From an uncultured bacterium (GTDB lineage: Bacteria; UBA8481): DNA of 64,000 nt. This document shows positions 1-10,110 of this stretch, piece after piece. The stretch covers positions 310,001 to 374,000 of the forward strand of contig CAZCME010000003.1 in NCBI GenBank assembly GCA_964499705.1, given 5' to 3'. How positions within the stretch are numbered: position 1 is the stretch's first letter; each line of letters starts with the position of its first letter. Below the pieces are notes generated by a model, which was given only the letters and a program-made list of their open reading frames with translations, was not told the DNA's origin and did not search any database. The position numbers and the translations under genes were made by a program.

Positions 1-184
1 AGGGGGCTTCCAGCGAGCCGAGGAATCCTTTTTCCACCGCCTGATAGGTTTCGCGCGAAAGGACTGTCCGCCAATGATGGTCCCAGAAGTCGATATCGGC
101 GGCCGTGACGTAGTACGCCAATCGCCGCCCCTCGACGCGTCGCTCTGACGTCGCTCGCCGCGGAACAGGAGTGATGGGCAACAT
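1..184 (-). CDS. Partial CDS (N-terminus; runs off the left edge), possibly a class I SAM-dependent methyltransferase
   Basis: Not in the ORF track. Hand translation from ATG 184 gives MLPITPVPRRATSERRVEGRRLAYYVTAADIDFWDHHW..., open to the edge, with an AAGGGA RBS just after the upstream stop. The FWDxxW motif suggests a methyltransferase. Confidence 0.55.
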   Translation of the reverse strand, partial: MLPITPVPRRATSERRVEGRRLAYYVTAADIDFWDHHWRTVLSRETYQAVEKGFLGSLEAP

Positions 185-194
185 GAGATCCCTT

Positions 195-1016
195 CTACAA
201 TTTGCCGAGAATGAAGTAGAGGTTCTTCTCCAGGCCGAGCCGCGAGTGGAAGAGCCGGAATAGGAACGGCTGCTCCGCGGGAAGAGGAGAGAAGACCTGG
301 CTTGCGGCGACGGGGAGATTCCGGAAAAGGTTCCTGAGGCTCGTGCTCGTGACCCAGTTGAGCGTATCGAGAAATGCGGGAGGCCGGCCATGCAACCGGA
401 GATAAGCCTTGCGGAAGAAACCGGGAATCCACGGCACCCAGTTCATCTTGTAGTGCTGTTCCACGGGATAAAGATAGTTCGGACATTCGATGAAGATTTT
501 CCCCCCGGGTTTGGCGACCCGCACGAGTTCCTGCGTGGCCTGTTCCAGCGACCGGACATGTTCCAACACCGTGTAGCAGACGACAAGATCGAAGCGATCA
601 TTCGGGAAGGGAAGTTCTTCGGCGCGCCCGGTCAACGGCTGGATGGTTTTTGCGTCAAGAAAGGAGGCCTTGTCGCGCAAGATTCCGACCGCTTCACTCG
701 ATAGATCCAGCCCGATGACGCCGGCTCCTCGGGAGGCCAGGTAGACGCATTCTCCGCCCGTACCGCAGCCGACGACAAGGACGCGCTTTCCGTCGAGAGG
801 GATTCCGAGCGACCGCTCCATGAATGCCATGATCGGCTTGGCGAAGAAGTGTTCCTCCCGCCGCCGCCGCATGATCCTGTCCTCCCAGTCGGGCAGGCCG
901 AGCGTGTCCAGGTAGTAGCGCTTGTAATAGGCATGGAGCTTGTCCGCGATCGGTTTCGGGAAGGAAATATCGCTCACGTCCGCTGGAAGCATCCCGTGAT
1001 TGTAACCTCCGGGCAT
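195..1016 (-). CDS. Class I SAM-dependent methyltransferase
   Basis: Motif I VLVVGCGTGG, GLDLS, ELPFPNDRFDLVVCYTVLEHV, RVAKPGG. Confidence 0.9.
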   Translation of the reverse strand: MPGGYNHGMLPADVSDISFPKPIADKLHAYYKRYYLDTLGLPDWEDRIMRRRREEHFFAKPIMAFMERSLGIPLDGKRVLVVGCGTGGECVYLASRGAGVIGLDLSSEAVGILRDKASFLDAKTIQPLTGRAEELPFPNDRFDLVVCYTVLEHVRSLEQATQELVRVAKPGGKIFIECPNYLYPVEQHYKMNWVPWIPGFFRKAYLRLHGRPPAFLDTLNWVTSTSLRNLFRNLPVAASQVFSPLPAEQPFLFRLFHSRLGLEKNLYFILGKL

Positions 1017-1144
1017 GAGTTAGGGTAGCCCGTTGGGCCCGGTTGAGGGAACCGCAGGATCGAGGAGCGGGACTGGAGAGAATCGTGGTGTATTTTCCCG
1101 CGGATTAGTATTACAAATTAACGGGTATTCGAGGGAGACGACGC

Positions 1145-2152
1145 ATGAGATTTCTGGTGGCCGGGTGCGGGTCCATTGGCAAGAGACACGTTCGTAATCT
1201 GGTGCAGATCGGGATCGCGCCCGCCGACATCGGCGTGTACGACCCGAACCCGGATCGCGCGCGCGAAGCCGGTCAGGGGTGCGGCGTGGAGCGGCAGTAT
1301 ACCGATCTCGCGACCGCCCTGGATGACGGACAGTTCGGCGCCGTCCTGGTCTGCGCCCCCACGGCGTTTCATACGCAGGTCGGCCTTCCCGCCGCGGAGC
1401 GCGGTTGTCATCTCTTCGTCGAAAAGCCCATAGCTCGCGACGCTACCGACCTGGAAAAATTGCTGCGTCTTACCGAGGAAAAGAATCTTGTCTTCATGGT
1501 CGCCTACCTTTTCCGGTTTCATCCCGGCTATCGCCTGGTGAAGGAAATCCTGGACGCCGGCACGATCGGGGTCGTATACGCCGCTCGCGTGGAGTGCGGC
1601 CAGTATCTTCCGGACTGGCATCCCCACGAGGACTACAGGCATTTCTACATGTCGAAGGAAGCCGAGGGCGGCGGGGCGCTCCTCGATATCAGCCACGAAT
1701 TCGACTACGTCAGGTCTTTCATGGGGTCGCGGGTCGTCGAGGTGAGCGGCTTCCACGATACGCTCGGCCCGCTCGAAATGGACGCGGACAATATGTCGGC
1801 GACGCTTCTGCGATTCGAGAATCGCGCGATCGCTTCGGTCCACCTGGATCTTCTGCAGAGGACCGTGCGGCGGAACTGCGAGCTGATCGGGGAGAAGGGG
1901 ACCCTGATCTGGGACCACATCTCGAAGACGGTCACGGTTTATACGCCGGCCGACAAGAAGGGCACGGTGCGCAAATACGAGTATGACGGCAACCAGGCCT
2001 ATATCGACGAGCTGAACCATTTCAGGGAGTGCATCGCGGAGAAGAAGAGTCCGCTCGTCGATGGACGATCCGGCTACGATACGCTCCAGATCGTCCTGGC
2101 CGCCAAGAGCTCTTCGCGCGAAAAGCGCGTCATCCGTTTCGACAAGGAATGA
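1145..2152 (+). CDS. Gfo/Idh/MocA family oxidoreductase
   Basis: GCGSIG Rossmann motif, FVEKP, GGGALLDISHEFD; GAGGGAG RBS. Confidence 0.92.
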   Translation: MRFLVAGCGSIGKRHVRNLVQIGIAPADIGVYDPNPDRAREAGQGCGVERQYTDLATALDDGQFGAVLVCAPTAFHTQVGLPAAERGCHLFVEKPIARDATDLEKLLRLTEEKNLVFMVAYLFRFHPGYRLVKEILDAGTIGVVYAARVECGQYLPDWHPHEDYRHFYMSKEAEGGGALLDISHEFDYVRSFMGSRVVEVSGFHDTLGPLEMDADNMSATLLRFENRAIASVHLDLLQRTVRRNCELIGEKGTLIWDHISKTVTVYTPADKKGTVRKYEYDGNQAYIDELNHFRECIAEKKSPLVDGRSGYDTLQIVLAAKSSSREKRVIRFDKE

Positions 2153-3336
2153 CGAACCCGAGGCGGAAAATCTGCGTGGTGACGGGATCGCGCGCCGATT
2201 ATGGCGTTGTCTATCCTGTCCTCCGCGTCCTCCGCGATTCCATGAAGATCGAGCTTTCCGTCATCGCGACCGCCATGCATCTCGCTCCGGAATTCGGATT
2301 GACCGTTCGGGAGATCGAGAAGGCGGGTTTTCCGATCGACGCCCGCGTCGACATGCTCCTGGGCGCCGATACCAATGCGGCCATGGCCAAGTCCATCGGG
2401 ATCGGCGTGCAGGGTATGGCGCAGGCCCTGGAGAGCATCCGGCCCGCGATCGTTCTTCTGCCGGTGGATCGCGCGGAACACCTGGCCGCGGCCGTGGCGG
2501 CGGCGACGATGAACATCCTGATCGCTCACATGAACGGCGGCGACGTCTCCGGCAGCATCGATGAATCCTATCGCCACGCGATCAGCAAGTTCGCTCACGT
2601 TCATTTTCCCAACTGCCGGTCGAGCGCCGACCGGCTTCTGCGGATGGGGGAAAGGCCCGACCGGGTCCATTGCGTCGGCGACGCTTCGCTCGACAATCTC
2701 TTCCTCGAGGAACTTCCCTCGGGCCCGGCCGTGCGAAAAAAATACGCTTTGAAAGAAAAAGAGGATTTCATCATCGCCGTCTTTCATCCCGTCTCGACGG
2801 AATCGGAAAGCGCGTCGGATCAGATGAAGGTGTTTCTCGCCGCCGTCGTGGCGAGCGGGATGCGGACGATATTTCTCTCTTCCAACGCCGATGCCGGAGG
2901 GCGCGGCATGGTCGAACTGCTCAAACGGGAAAGGAAAACCGCGAGCAAGATCGATTATCACACGACGTTACCCCATGCGGATTACCTGGCGCTGCTGCGG
3001 GAAGCGCGCGCTCTTGCCGGAAATTCGAGCAGTGGAATCCTCGAGGCGCCCTCCGTGGGTCTTCCCGTCGTGAATGTCGGAACGCGGCAGCAGGGGCGCG
3101 AGCGCGCCGGGAATGTCATCGATGTTCCATTCGAGCCGGGCCTGCCCGGCATCAACGCCATTACCGACGCCCTGAAAAAAGCTCTCCATGACGAGGACTT
3201 CCGAGGGCTCGCCCGAACCTGTCGGAGCCCGTACGGCGATGGACACGCTGCCGAAAAAATTGTGAGCATCCTCGAAGATCCGGCGCTCCTTGTGACGGAT
3301 GTGCAGAAAACATTTCATGACGAGCGGAGCATGTGA
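2149..3336 (+). CDS. neuC: UDP-N-acetylglucosamine 2-epimerase, hydrolysing (NeuC/LegG type)
   Basis: ATG 2149 overlaps the upstream stop (ATGA). VVTGSRADYG, GGDVSGSIDESYRHAISK, GNSSSGILEAP, VNVGTRQQGR, YGDG. Confidence 0.92.
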   Translation: MTNPRRKICVVTGSRADYGVVYPVLRVLRDSMKIELSVIATAMHLAPEFGLTVREIEKAGFPIDARVDMLLGADTNAAMAKSIGIGVQGMAQALESIRPAIVLLPVDRAEHLAAAVAAATMNILIAHMNGGDVSGSIDESYRHAISKFAHVHFPNCRSSADRLLRMGERPDRVHCVGDASLDNLFLEELPSGPAVRKKYALKEKEDFIIAVFHPVSTESESASDQMKVFLAAVVASGMRTIFLSSNADAGGRGMVELLKRERKTASKIDYHTTLPHADYLALLREARALAGNSSSGILEAPSVGLPVVNVGTRQQGRERAGNVIDVPFEPGLPGINAITDALKKALHDEDFRGLARTCRSPYGDGHAAEKIVSILEDPALLVTDVQKTFHDERSM

Positions 3337-3992
3337 ACGTGGAGGAGATCGTCATCCTGGGCGCGGGCGGCCATGGCAAGGTCGTCATCGACATTGTCGA
3401 GAAGATGGGGAGATACCGCATCCTCGGACTCGTCGATAACAGTCCGGAGAAGCTGGGGCGCGAATATCTCGGATACCGCGTCATCGCGAACGAGGATGGC
3501 TTGAGCGCGCTGTCGACGACGCTGGCGCTCGTCGCCGTGGGCGATAATTTCAGCCGGCGGACCTTCATCGAGAGGGTCATCGGTAAAGCGCCCGGCCTGA
3601 ATTTCGTAACGGCGATTCACCCCTCCGCGCAGATCGGCCGCGATGTCGAGATCGGGGCCGGCACAGTCATCATGGCCGGCGCGACGATCAACAGCGGCAC
3701 CCGGATCGGCAGGCACTGCATCGTGAACACCCAGGGCTCGTTGGATCACGATTGCATCCTGGGGGACTACTCGAGCCTGGCGCCCGGCGCCATCTGCGGC
3801 GGCAACGTCACGCTGGGCGCCGGCGCGTCGATCAATCTCGGCGCATCGGTCATTCACGGCATAACGATCGGGGAACACGCCGTTGTCGGCGCCGGCGCGG
3901 TCGTCCTGGAAGATGTTCCGCCGCGCGTGGTCTCCTACGGCGTTCCCAGCCGTGTTGTGAGAGCCCGGGCGGAAGGAGATCGATATTTGTGA
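3333..3992 (+). CDS. NeuD/PglD-family sugar acetyltransferase (hexapeptide repeats)
   Basis: ILGAGGHGKVV, IHPSA, DHDC, left-handed beta-helix repeats, YGVPSR. Confidence 0.9.
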   Translation: MNVEEIVILGAGGHGKVVIDIVEKMGRYRILGLVDNSPEKLGREYLGYRVIANEDGLSALSTTLALVAVGDNFSRRTFIERVIGKAPGLNFVTAIHPSAQIGRDVEIGAGTVIMAGATINSGTRIGRHCIVNTQGSLDHDCILGDYSSLAPGAICGGNVTLGAGASINLGASVIHGITIGEHAVVGAGAVVLEDVPPRVVSYGVPSRVVRARAEGDRYL

Positions 3993-4023
3993 GGACGATC
4001 CCGCCGCGATATCATGTGCCGCG

Positions 4024-5160
4024 ATGACCGATAGTAAGCCACCTCTCATTCCCCTGGCGCGCCCCATCGTCGAGCGAGGCGATTTCGCGGGCACGGAGAG
4101 AATCGCGGATTCGGGATACCTCATATCCGGACCCATCGTCGCGGAATTCGAAGCGAAGTTTCGGGAGATGCACGAGGCGAAGCACGCGATTGCCGTCGCG
4201 ACAGGTTCCGCGGCGCTCTGGGTCGCCCAGTCCGCGCTCGGCGTCGGCCCCGGCGACGAGGTGCTCGTCCCCGACATGACATTCGTGACGACCGCGTCGT
4301 CGGCCATGCTTCTGGGAGCGCGCCCCGTATTCGTCGATATCGATCCGGAGACGTACACGATCGATTCCGCGCGCCTGGAAGAGAAAATCACTCCCCGGAC
4401 GAAAGGCATCATCCCGGTTCACTACGCGGCCCAGACGGCGAACATGATTCCGATCCTGGAGATCGCTAAGAAACACGGCCTCTTTGTACTCGAGGATGGC
4501 GCGGCGGCGCATCTTTCGCGCCACGAGAGCGGCGTCATGAACGGAACCATCGGCGATGCTGGGATCTTCAGCTTCACTCCGTCCAAGCCCATGACGACGG
4601 GTGAAGGCGGAATGATCACGACGAACAGCGACGACGTTGCGGGGAAGGCGCGTCTGTACAGGAACATCGGCGACGTCGGGAAATTCGAATGGGATCTCCT
4701 GGGATGGAATTTCCGGATGCCGGAATCGATCGCGCTTCTCGGGTTGAAACAGATCGAGCGATTGAAGGATGCGATCCGGACAAGGCGGGAGATGGCCGCG
4801 CGTTTCTCCGGGGCTTTTCGCGCGGAAGAGTCGCTCGTCGTTCCCTCGATTCGTCCCGGCGCCGATCATAACTTCCAGCTTTACACCATCCGGCTGAAAC
4901 CGGAACAGCTGTCGATATCGAGGGATCACTTCATGTCGCATCTGCAGGATCTCGGCGTCAGCAGCCGTCTGTACTATCCCTGTCTCCACGGTCAGAAGGT
5001 CTTTCACCGGTTCCCCCGCCAGCCTGACAGCGAATTCCCCGTCAGCACCCTGTATGCGGAAACAGCGCTGTCGCTCCCGTTGTATCCTTCTCTGACACCT
5101 TCCGAAGAGGACCGGATCATCGATGCTGTTCTCTCGACGGCGCGAAAGTACAGGAGGTAG
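4024..5160 (+). CDS. DegT/DnrJ/EryC1/StrS PLP-dependent sugar aminotransferase
   Basis: VGPGDEVLVP, LEDGAAAH, FSFTPSKPMTTGEGG (PLP lysine), LSLPLYP. Confidence 0.93.
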   Translation: MTDSKPPLIPLARPIVERGDFAGTERIADSGYLISGPIVAEFEAKFREMHEAKHAIAVATGSAALWVAQSALGVGPGDEVLVPDMTFVTTASSAMLLGARPVFVDIDPETYTIDSARLEEKITPRTKGIIPVHYAAQTANMIPILEIAKKHGLFVLEDGAAAHLSRHESGVMNGTIGDAGIFSFTPSKPMTTGEGGMITTNSDDVAGKARLYRNIGDVGKFEWDLLGWNFRMPESIALLGLKQIERLKDAIRTRREMAARFSGAFRAEESLVVPSIRPGADHNFQLYTIRLKPEQLSISRDHFMSHLQDLGVSSRLYYPCLHGQKVFHRFPRQPDSEFPVSTLYAETALSLPLYPSLTPSEEDRIIDAVLSTARKYRR

Positions 5161-5165
5161 CGACG

Positions 5166-6131
5166 ATGGGGAAGATTCTCGTTACAGGCGGAGCCGGATT
5201 CATCGGGCAGCGGCTCGCGGAGGTCCTGTGCGAGCGGGGGCATGAAGTGCGGGTTCTGGACCTGGTGGCCACGCATGAGAGCGTTTTCTCGAATCCGGAA
5301 TTCCGCAAGGCGGTGCGTGTATTTCCCGGAAGCATTCTCGACGCTAACTTCGTGAGCCAGGCCATGCGCGGATGCGATACCGTCGTTCATCTGGCGGCCC
5401 GACTGGGAGTCAAGCGGACGGAAACAAATCCGCTGGCCTGTCTCAATATTAATATCGAGGGCACGGTCAACATCCTGGAAGCGTGCGTCAAGGAACGCGT
5501 CGGAAAAATCGTCTCCGCCTCCTCGTCCGAAGTCTATGGAAACACACCCGATATTCCTCTTTCCGAAACCAGTCCGTTGAATCCCGTCTCGGTATATGCC
5601 GCCAGCAAGATCGCGGGCGAGGAATATGTAAAAGCTTATGCCGCGAGATACGGCATGAAATTCAGCATTGTACGTTTCTTCAACGTGTACGGACTCGGTC
5701 AGGTGGCCGAGTTCGTTCTTCCCCGTTTTGCGAAGCGCGTTCTGGACGGCAAGCCGCCCGTCATTTACGGCGACGGCAGCCAGACGCGGGCGTTCTGTAA
5801 CGTGGATGACCTGGTGGAGGGGATCATACGGACCATCGACAATCCTGCGGGCGACGATCAGATTTTCAACATTGGCAATCCGACCGAACCCGTGTCCATG
5901 AAGGAACTGGCGGAGCGGGTCATCAGCATCGCCGGTCTGAAACTGGAACCGATCTTCGTCAAGATGGAGGAATCCGACCGCAGCATGATCCGCGAGATTT
6001 TCAAGCGAATACCCGATATTTCCAAGGCGCGGGAGCTGCTTGGATATGAGCCCCGCGTGGATCTCGGCACGGGGATCCGCCGCGTGCTGGAACACGGCAA
6101 TATCGTGGAATCATGGTACGAGCCGCTCTGA
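5166..6131 (+). CDS. NAD-dependent epimerase/dehydratase (extended SDR)
   Basis: TGGAGFIG, SSSEVYG, YAASK, RFFNVYG, GDGSQTRAF. Confidence 0.93.
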   Translation: MGKILVTGGAGFIGQRLAEVLCERGHEVRVLDLVATHESVFSNPEFRKAVRVFPGSILDANFVSQAMRGCDTVVHLAARLGVKRTETNPLACLNINIEGTVNILEACVKERVGKIVSASSSEVYGNTPDIPLSETSPLNPVSVYAASKIAGEEYVKAYAARYGMKFSIVRFFNVYGLGQVAEFVLPRFAKRVLDGKPPVIYGDGSQTRAFCNVDDLVEGIIRTIDNPAGDDQIFNIGNPTEPVSMKELAERVISIAGLKLEPIFVKMEESDRSMIREIFKRIPDISKARELLGYEPRVDLGTGIRRVLEHGNIVESWYEPL

Positions 6132-7366
6132 ACGCGGGATTTCTCATAGAGCGCATCAATCTTCTTCTCGAGTCGGGCGCGGTCATCGACGAATTTCTGG
6201 CGAGGGGCCACCGCGTCACGCTGCTCTGCATGGAACACGATGAGAAATACGGTTCGATCCGCCGGGAGGATCTGCTCATTTTCAAGAATGGAATTCCGGA
6301 CATCCGGATGTGCGAATGGAAAAATCTGGCCGGTGTCGCGGAATCCGCCGGCATTCAGGCACTTGTCACGGTGGAAGGCCTGGACTACGCGCTCGCGGGG
6401 GAATCCGAATTGCAGTTCCGGAGGTTGCGGGAAAGAGGAGTGCGGATCATCTCGATACCGCATTACACCGAAACCGCTTCGCGTTCCCTGGAAGGGCTGA
6501 GCCTCTTCGACCGCGTCTGTTACCAGTCGGATTTCACCATGGGAGTGCATCTGGAACGTTGCGGGGCGCAACTGTCCGAAAGCGAAAGGCGGAAGCTCGT
6601 CGTGACCGGCTCGCCCCTTCTGGATCAGTACGAAGGGTTGGATCGACCGGCCATTCGGCGGAAGTATCGCCTGCCACCCGACCGGAAGATAGTTCTCTTC
6701 ATGTCTTTAAAGATGAACGTTCCGGAGTGCTGGCGCAAATACGCTTTTGCGGAGACGATTCCGCGAGGCATCCTTCACGTGTGCGGGAAGCGGAGATTCG
6801 ACCTGTTGCCGGCCGTCGTTTTTGGAGCCAAATATCCGGGCATCATGAGAAGCATGAAATCGTTCTGCAGAAGAAACGACGCGCTTCTCGTCGTGAAATC
6901 CCGTCGCAAGAATAACGATCCGGAATATGTCCGCGATCACGCGGATCATTTTTTCTATGACGAAGGCTTTTACCCGAGTACCTCGATCGAACTGATGTCG
7001 ATCGCGGATCTCTGTATCCACTTTCAGAGTTCCACGGTGATCGAGGCAGTCGCCGCCTCCGTGCCATCGATCTCGATCCTCATCTCCCAGGAGCACATCC
7101 GGGTAAAAAATCCTCTTCTGCACAGGATGTGGTTCCCCCCCGGGAACATCAGTCCGAGCTGGCATAATTTCCAGGGTATCGTGCATGCGGTCGAAGTCTG
7201 CGAGTTTCGGAGGCGGGTGTCGGGCGCGTCGTGGGGCGATTTTCCCTTCGATTCTTCACGCCGCGAGGAGTATGTCCGCCGGTACCTGGGGTATGCCGAC
7301 ACGCGGAGCAGGGCGAGGATAGCGGACCTGGTCGAGACCGTTGTCGCGGAGAGGCAGGCAGCATGA
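6113..7366 (+). CDS. Hypothetical GT-B-like protein; candidate glycosyl/nonulosonyl transferase
   Basis: Overlaps both neighbours in the operon. VTGSPLLD and ADLCIHFQSSTVIEAVAASVPSI resemble GT-B / CDP-glycerol transferase-like C-terminal domains. Confidence 0.55.
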   Translation: MVRAALNAGFLIERINLLLESGAVIDEFLARGHRVTLLCMEHDEKYGSIRREDLLIFKNGIPDIRMCEWKNLAGVAESAGIQALVTVEGLDYALAGESELQFRRLRERGVRIISIPHYTETASRSLEGLSLFDRVCYQSDFTMGVHLERCGAQLSESERRKLVVTGSPLLDQYEGLDRPAIRRKYRLPPDRKIVLFMSLKMNVPECWRKYAFAETIPRGILHVCGKRRFDLLPAVVFGAKYPGIMRSMKSFCRRNDALLVVKSRRKNNDPEYVRDHADHFFYDEGFYPSTSIELMSIADLCIHFQSSTVIEAVAASVPSISILISQEHIRVKNPLLHRMWFPPGNISPSWHNFQGIVHAVEVCEFRRRVSGASWGDFPFDSSRREEYVRRYLGYADTRSRARIADLVETVVAERQAA

Positions 7367-8079
7367 TCGGGAATATGCTCGGTGTTATCCTGGCCCGGGG
7401 AGGATCGAAGGGATTGCCCAGGAAACATCAGCTCATCCTGGGCGACAAACCCATGCTCACATGGACGTTCGAAGCCGCGAAGCGGAGCGTTCTCCTGAAG
7501 CGAGTCATCTTCTCCACGGATTCCGAGGAACTGGCGGCCATGGCGCGGGAGGCCGGGATAGAAGTCCCTTTTCTTCGACCGGAGGAATTATCCGGAGATT
7601 CATCCTCCACGGGCGGGGCTCTCGAACACGCGGTTTCATTCATCGAAGAGAAAGAAGGTTGCCGGTTCGATCATGTCCTCACGCTGCAGGGAACATCGCC
7701 CTTCCGAACCGGAGCGCATATCGATGAAGCGATCCGCAAGTTCGAGAACAGCGGGTGTGAGTGCCTGCTGTCCATCAAGCCCCACGAATACCCCGCATGG
7801 TGGTTGTTCCGGACGGACGCCGATCGTTTGAACCTTGCCTTTCCCTGGGAAGGAGACGCGGAGATTTTCAAGGTGGGCCGGCAGTTTTTCCCCCAGCTCT
7901 ATCGTCCAAACGGCGCCATCTACATCATCCGGCGCGAATTTATCAGGCTGAAAGGCGCGACGATCAATCCTGACAGCGCCACGTATTATCTCATGGATTC
8001 CGCGGATTCCGTCAGCATCGATACGGAATTGGACTTCATGATGGCGGAAGCGATCTGGAGGCGGAAGCAGGCTTTATGA
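7363..8079 (+). CDS. neuA: Acylneuraminate (CMP-nonulosonate) cytidylyltransferase
   Basis: ATG 7363 (ATGA overlap). ILARGGSKGLPRK, FLRPEELSGD, QGTSPFR, PNGAIY, SIDTELDF. Confidence 0.92.
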   Translation: MIGNMLGVILARGGSKGLPRKHQLILGDKPMLTWTFEAAKRSVLLKRVIFSTDSEELAAMAREAGIEVPFLRPEELSGDSSSTGGALEHAVSFIEEKEGCRFDHVLTLQGTSPFRTGAHIDEAIRKFENSGCECLLSIKPHEYPAWWLFRTDADRLNLAFPWEGDAEIFKVGRQFFPQLYRPNGAIYIIRREFIRLKGATINPDSATYYLMDSADSVSIDTELDFMMAEAIWRRKQAL

Positions 8080-9123
8080 AGCTTCCCTGATGTATCGCGT
8101 CCGTCCAAGGGTCATGGGAGGGCTGATCGAGATCCTGCCGTCCTGGATCGTCACAAGGTTTCTTTTGCCTCCGGGAGCTTCGTTGAAACCGATACGGGCG
8201 AGGAGGAGGGGATCGGCGAGCGTGAGATTCACGGCTTTCTCGGTCGTGACGCCGGCCATGATGCCAAGTTTCGCGGCGACCTCAGCGACGCTACGGCTGA
8301 CAGCCTCCTTGGAGCCATAGGGATAGGAGATGAGCGGAAGCGGACTTTCTCCGCAGATCTTCCCGAGCATCTCGCGATTATACCTGATCTGCCATTCCAC
8401 CTGATCGTCAGCCAGAGTTGACAGGGGGAGATGATCGTAGGTGTGATTGGCGAGCATTCCTCGCCGAGCCAGAACCGACAGTTCCTGCTCGGACATGTAC
8501 ATGGCTTCGCACCATGCTCGTTCATCCGATACCAGCCGGTCGAAAAGCTCCACCATGAACCGGTCCCGATCCGCGGGCGGCATGCGGAAATTCAGGAGCC
8601 ATTTCAGCATGGCCGCCTCCGGATCATCGTAAAGATAGCAGGCGATGGCCGCTACCCGCTCGGACTCCAGCACGCGACTCATTTCTATTTCCGACACATC
8701 GAGGTATCGCGCCAGAGCGATCCGGATTTCCGCGCCCGAAAGGTGAGCGCGGACATGGTGAATCTTATGAACAGCCAACGCGCGTCCTTCCAGGATCGGT
8801 TTGGCGGACGCGAAGAACATGGCCGGAATACCCATGCTGTCGAGGATGGGCAAGGCCGTCTCGAACTGACACCGGAGCCCGTCGTCGAAAGTGATAAGGC
8901 AGGAATGGTCGGGAAGCAGCGTGTTATCACGGACGGCGCCGCTCAGTTCCGAACCGCTGATGAAGCGACACGCGCCGGAAAGGAGCTTGATCTGGTTTTC
9001 CAGTTGCTCCGATGTTGTAGGATAAATGGCCCCATGAGGGTAAAGCCCTTCCGGCCCCATGTAATGGAAGTTGACCGCCATGAGGCGCCATGGGATTGCG
9101 CGCGGTGCATCCGAATTCGACAT
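8074..9123 (-). CDS. Polysaccharide deacetylase (CE4/NodB family)
   Basis: VNFHY, LITFDDG, NHTYDH, ISYPYG; start taken at ATG 9123. Confidence 0.85.
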   Translation of the reverse strand: MSNSDAPRAIPWRLMAVNFHYMGPEGLYPHGAIYPTTSEQLENQIKLLSGACRFISGSELSGAVRDNTLLPDHSCLITFDDGLRCQFETALPILDSMGIPAMFFASAKPILEGRALAVHKIHHVRAHLSGAEIRIALARYLDVSEIEMSRVLESERVAAIACYLYDDPEAAMLKWLLNFRMPPADRDRFMVELFDRLVSDERAWCEAMYMSEQELSVLARRGMLANHTYDHLPLSTLADDQVEWQIRYNREMLGKICGESPLPLISYPYGSKEAVSRSVAEVAAKLGIMAGVTTEKAVNLTLADPLLLARIGFNEAPGGKRNLVTIQDGRISISPPMTLGRTRYIREAS

Positions 9124-9153
9124 GGTTTCAGACTCTATTTCATGGAACAATGC

Positions 9154-10110
9154 ATGAGCAACGGGAAAGTGCATGATGATCGCTTGGACATTCCAGTGAA
9201 AATATCCGTCATCCTGTCCGTGTACAACGGGGAACAGCACCTGGCGGAATCGATCGAGAGCATACTCGCGCAGACACTTCCTGATTTCGAATTTCTCATC
9301 ATTAATGACGGCTCCAGCGACGGCAGCGCTCGTCTCGTCAAAAAGTTCCGCGATCCCAGGATCCGGCTGATCGATCGCGCGGAGAATCGCGGCTTGACCT
9401 CTTCGTTGAATGAGGCATGGAAATTAGCCGGGGGAGAATTCATCGCACGCATGGACGCGGACGATGTCTCGCCTCCGGATCGCTTCGAGAAGCAGGTCTC
9501 CTTCCTGGACCGTCATGAGGATCATGGAATTGTGGGATTGAGGATGGAGATCATCGATCAGGACGGCGTGACAGTGGAATGTCCAGAGATGAGCTGTCCG
9601 CACGAGAGGATCATGGAGCACATTTTCTGGGACAATCCTTTCGTCCACAGCTCGCTTATGATGAGGAATGAGCTGCTCGGCGAAATCAGCGGATACGACC
9701 CTCGCTGGCGGTTCGCGCAGGATTACGATCTCGTTTTGAGAGCGTCCCGCGTGACGAAGATGGCCAACCTGCCGGAACCGCGGCAACGATGGAGGCGGAG
9801 CAGGATCAATATCACAGGCGCCCGGCGTGCGGAACAGACGGCCGCCCGGGATGCGATCCGTTCGGAATTCCTCGCGGGGCATGCCGTCACCGATTCCGGC
9901 TATCCCGTTCTACTTCTGCGGAATCTGCTGAATCATCCCCATGATTCGATCCTGGCGGAAGAGTGGCGGCGCGTCCTCGGCGGAATCCACGCTCTCGGGG
10001 ATGGACGCGAACGCATGGAACATTATTCCCGCTGTCTGATTGCGGCTTGCCGCCGCCCCCTGGCCGTCATCCGCTGTCTCGCGCGCCGTTCGAAGACGAG
10101 GACGGCATGA
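9154..10110 (+). CDS. Glycosyltransferase family 2
   Basis: ISVILSVYNGE, INDGSSD, ARMDADD, AQDYDL. Start 9142 or 9154; the longer ORF call overlaps the deacetylase. Confidence 0.9.
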   Translation: MSNGKVHDDRLDIPVKISVILSVYNGEQHLAESIESILAQTLPDFEFLIINDGSSDGSARLVKKFRDPRIRLIDRAENRGLTSSLNEAWKLAGGEFIARMDADDVSPPDRFEKQVSFLDRHEDHGIVGLRMEIIDQDGVTVECPEMSCPHERIMEHIFWDNPFVHSSLMMRNELLGEISGYDPRWRFAQDYDLVLRASRVTKMANLPEPRQRWRRSRINITGARRAEQTAARDAIRSEFLAGHAVTDSGYPVLLLRNLLNHPHDSILAEEWRRVLGGIHALGDGRERMEHYSRCLIAACRRPLAVIRCLARRSKTRTA

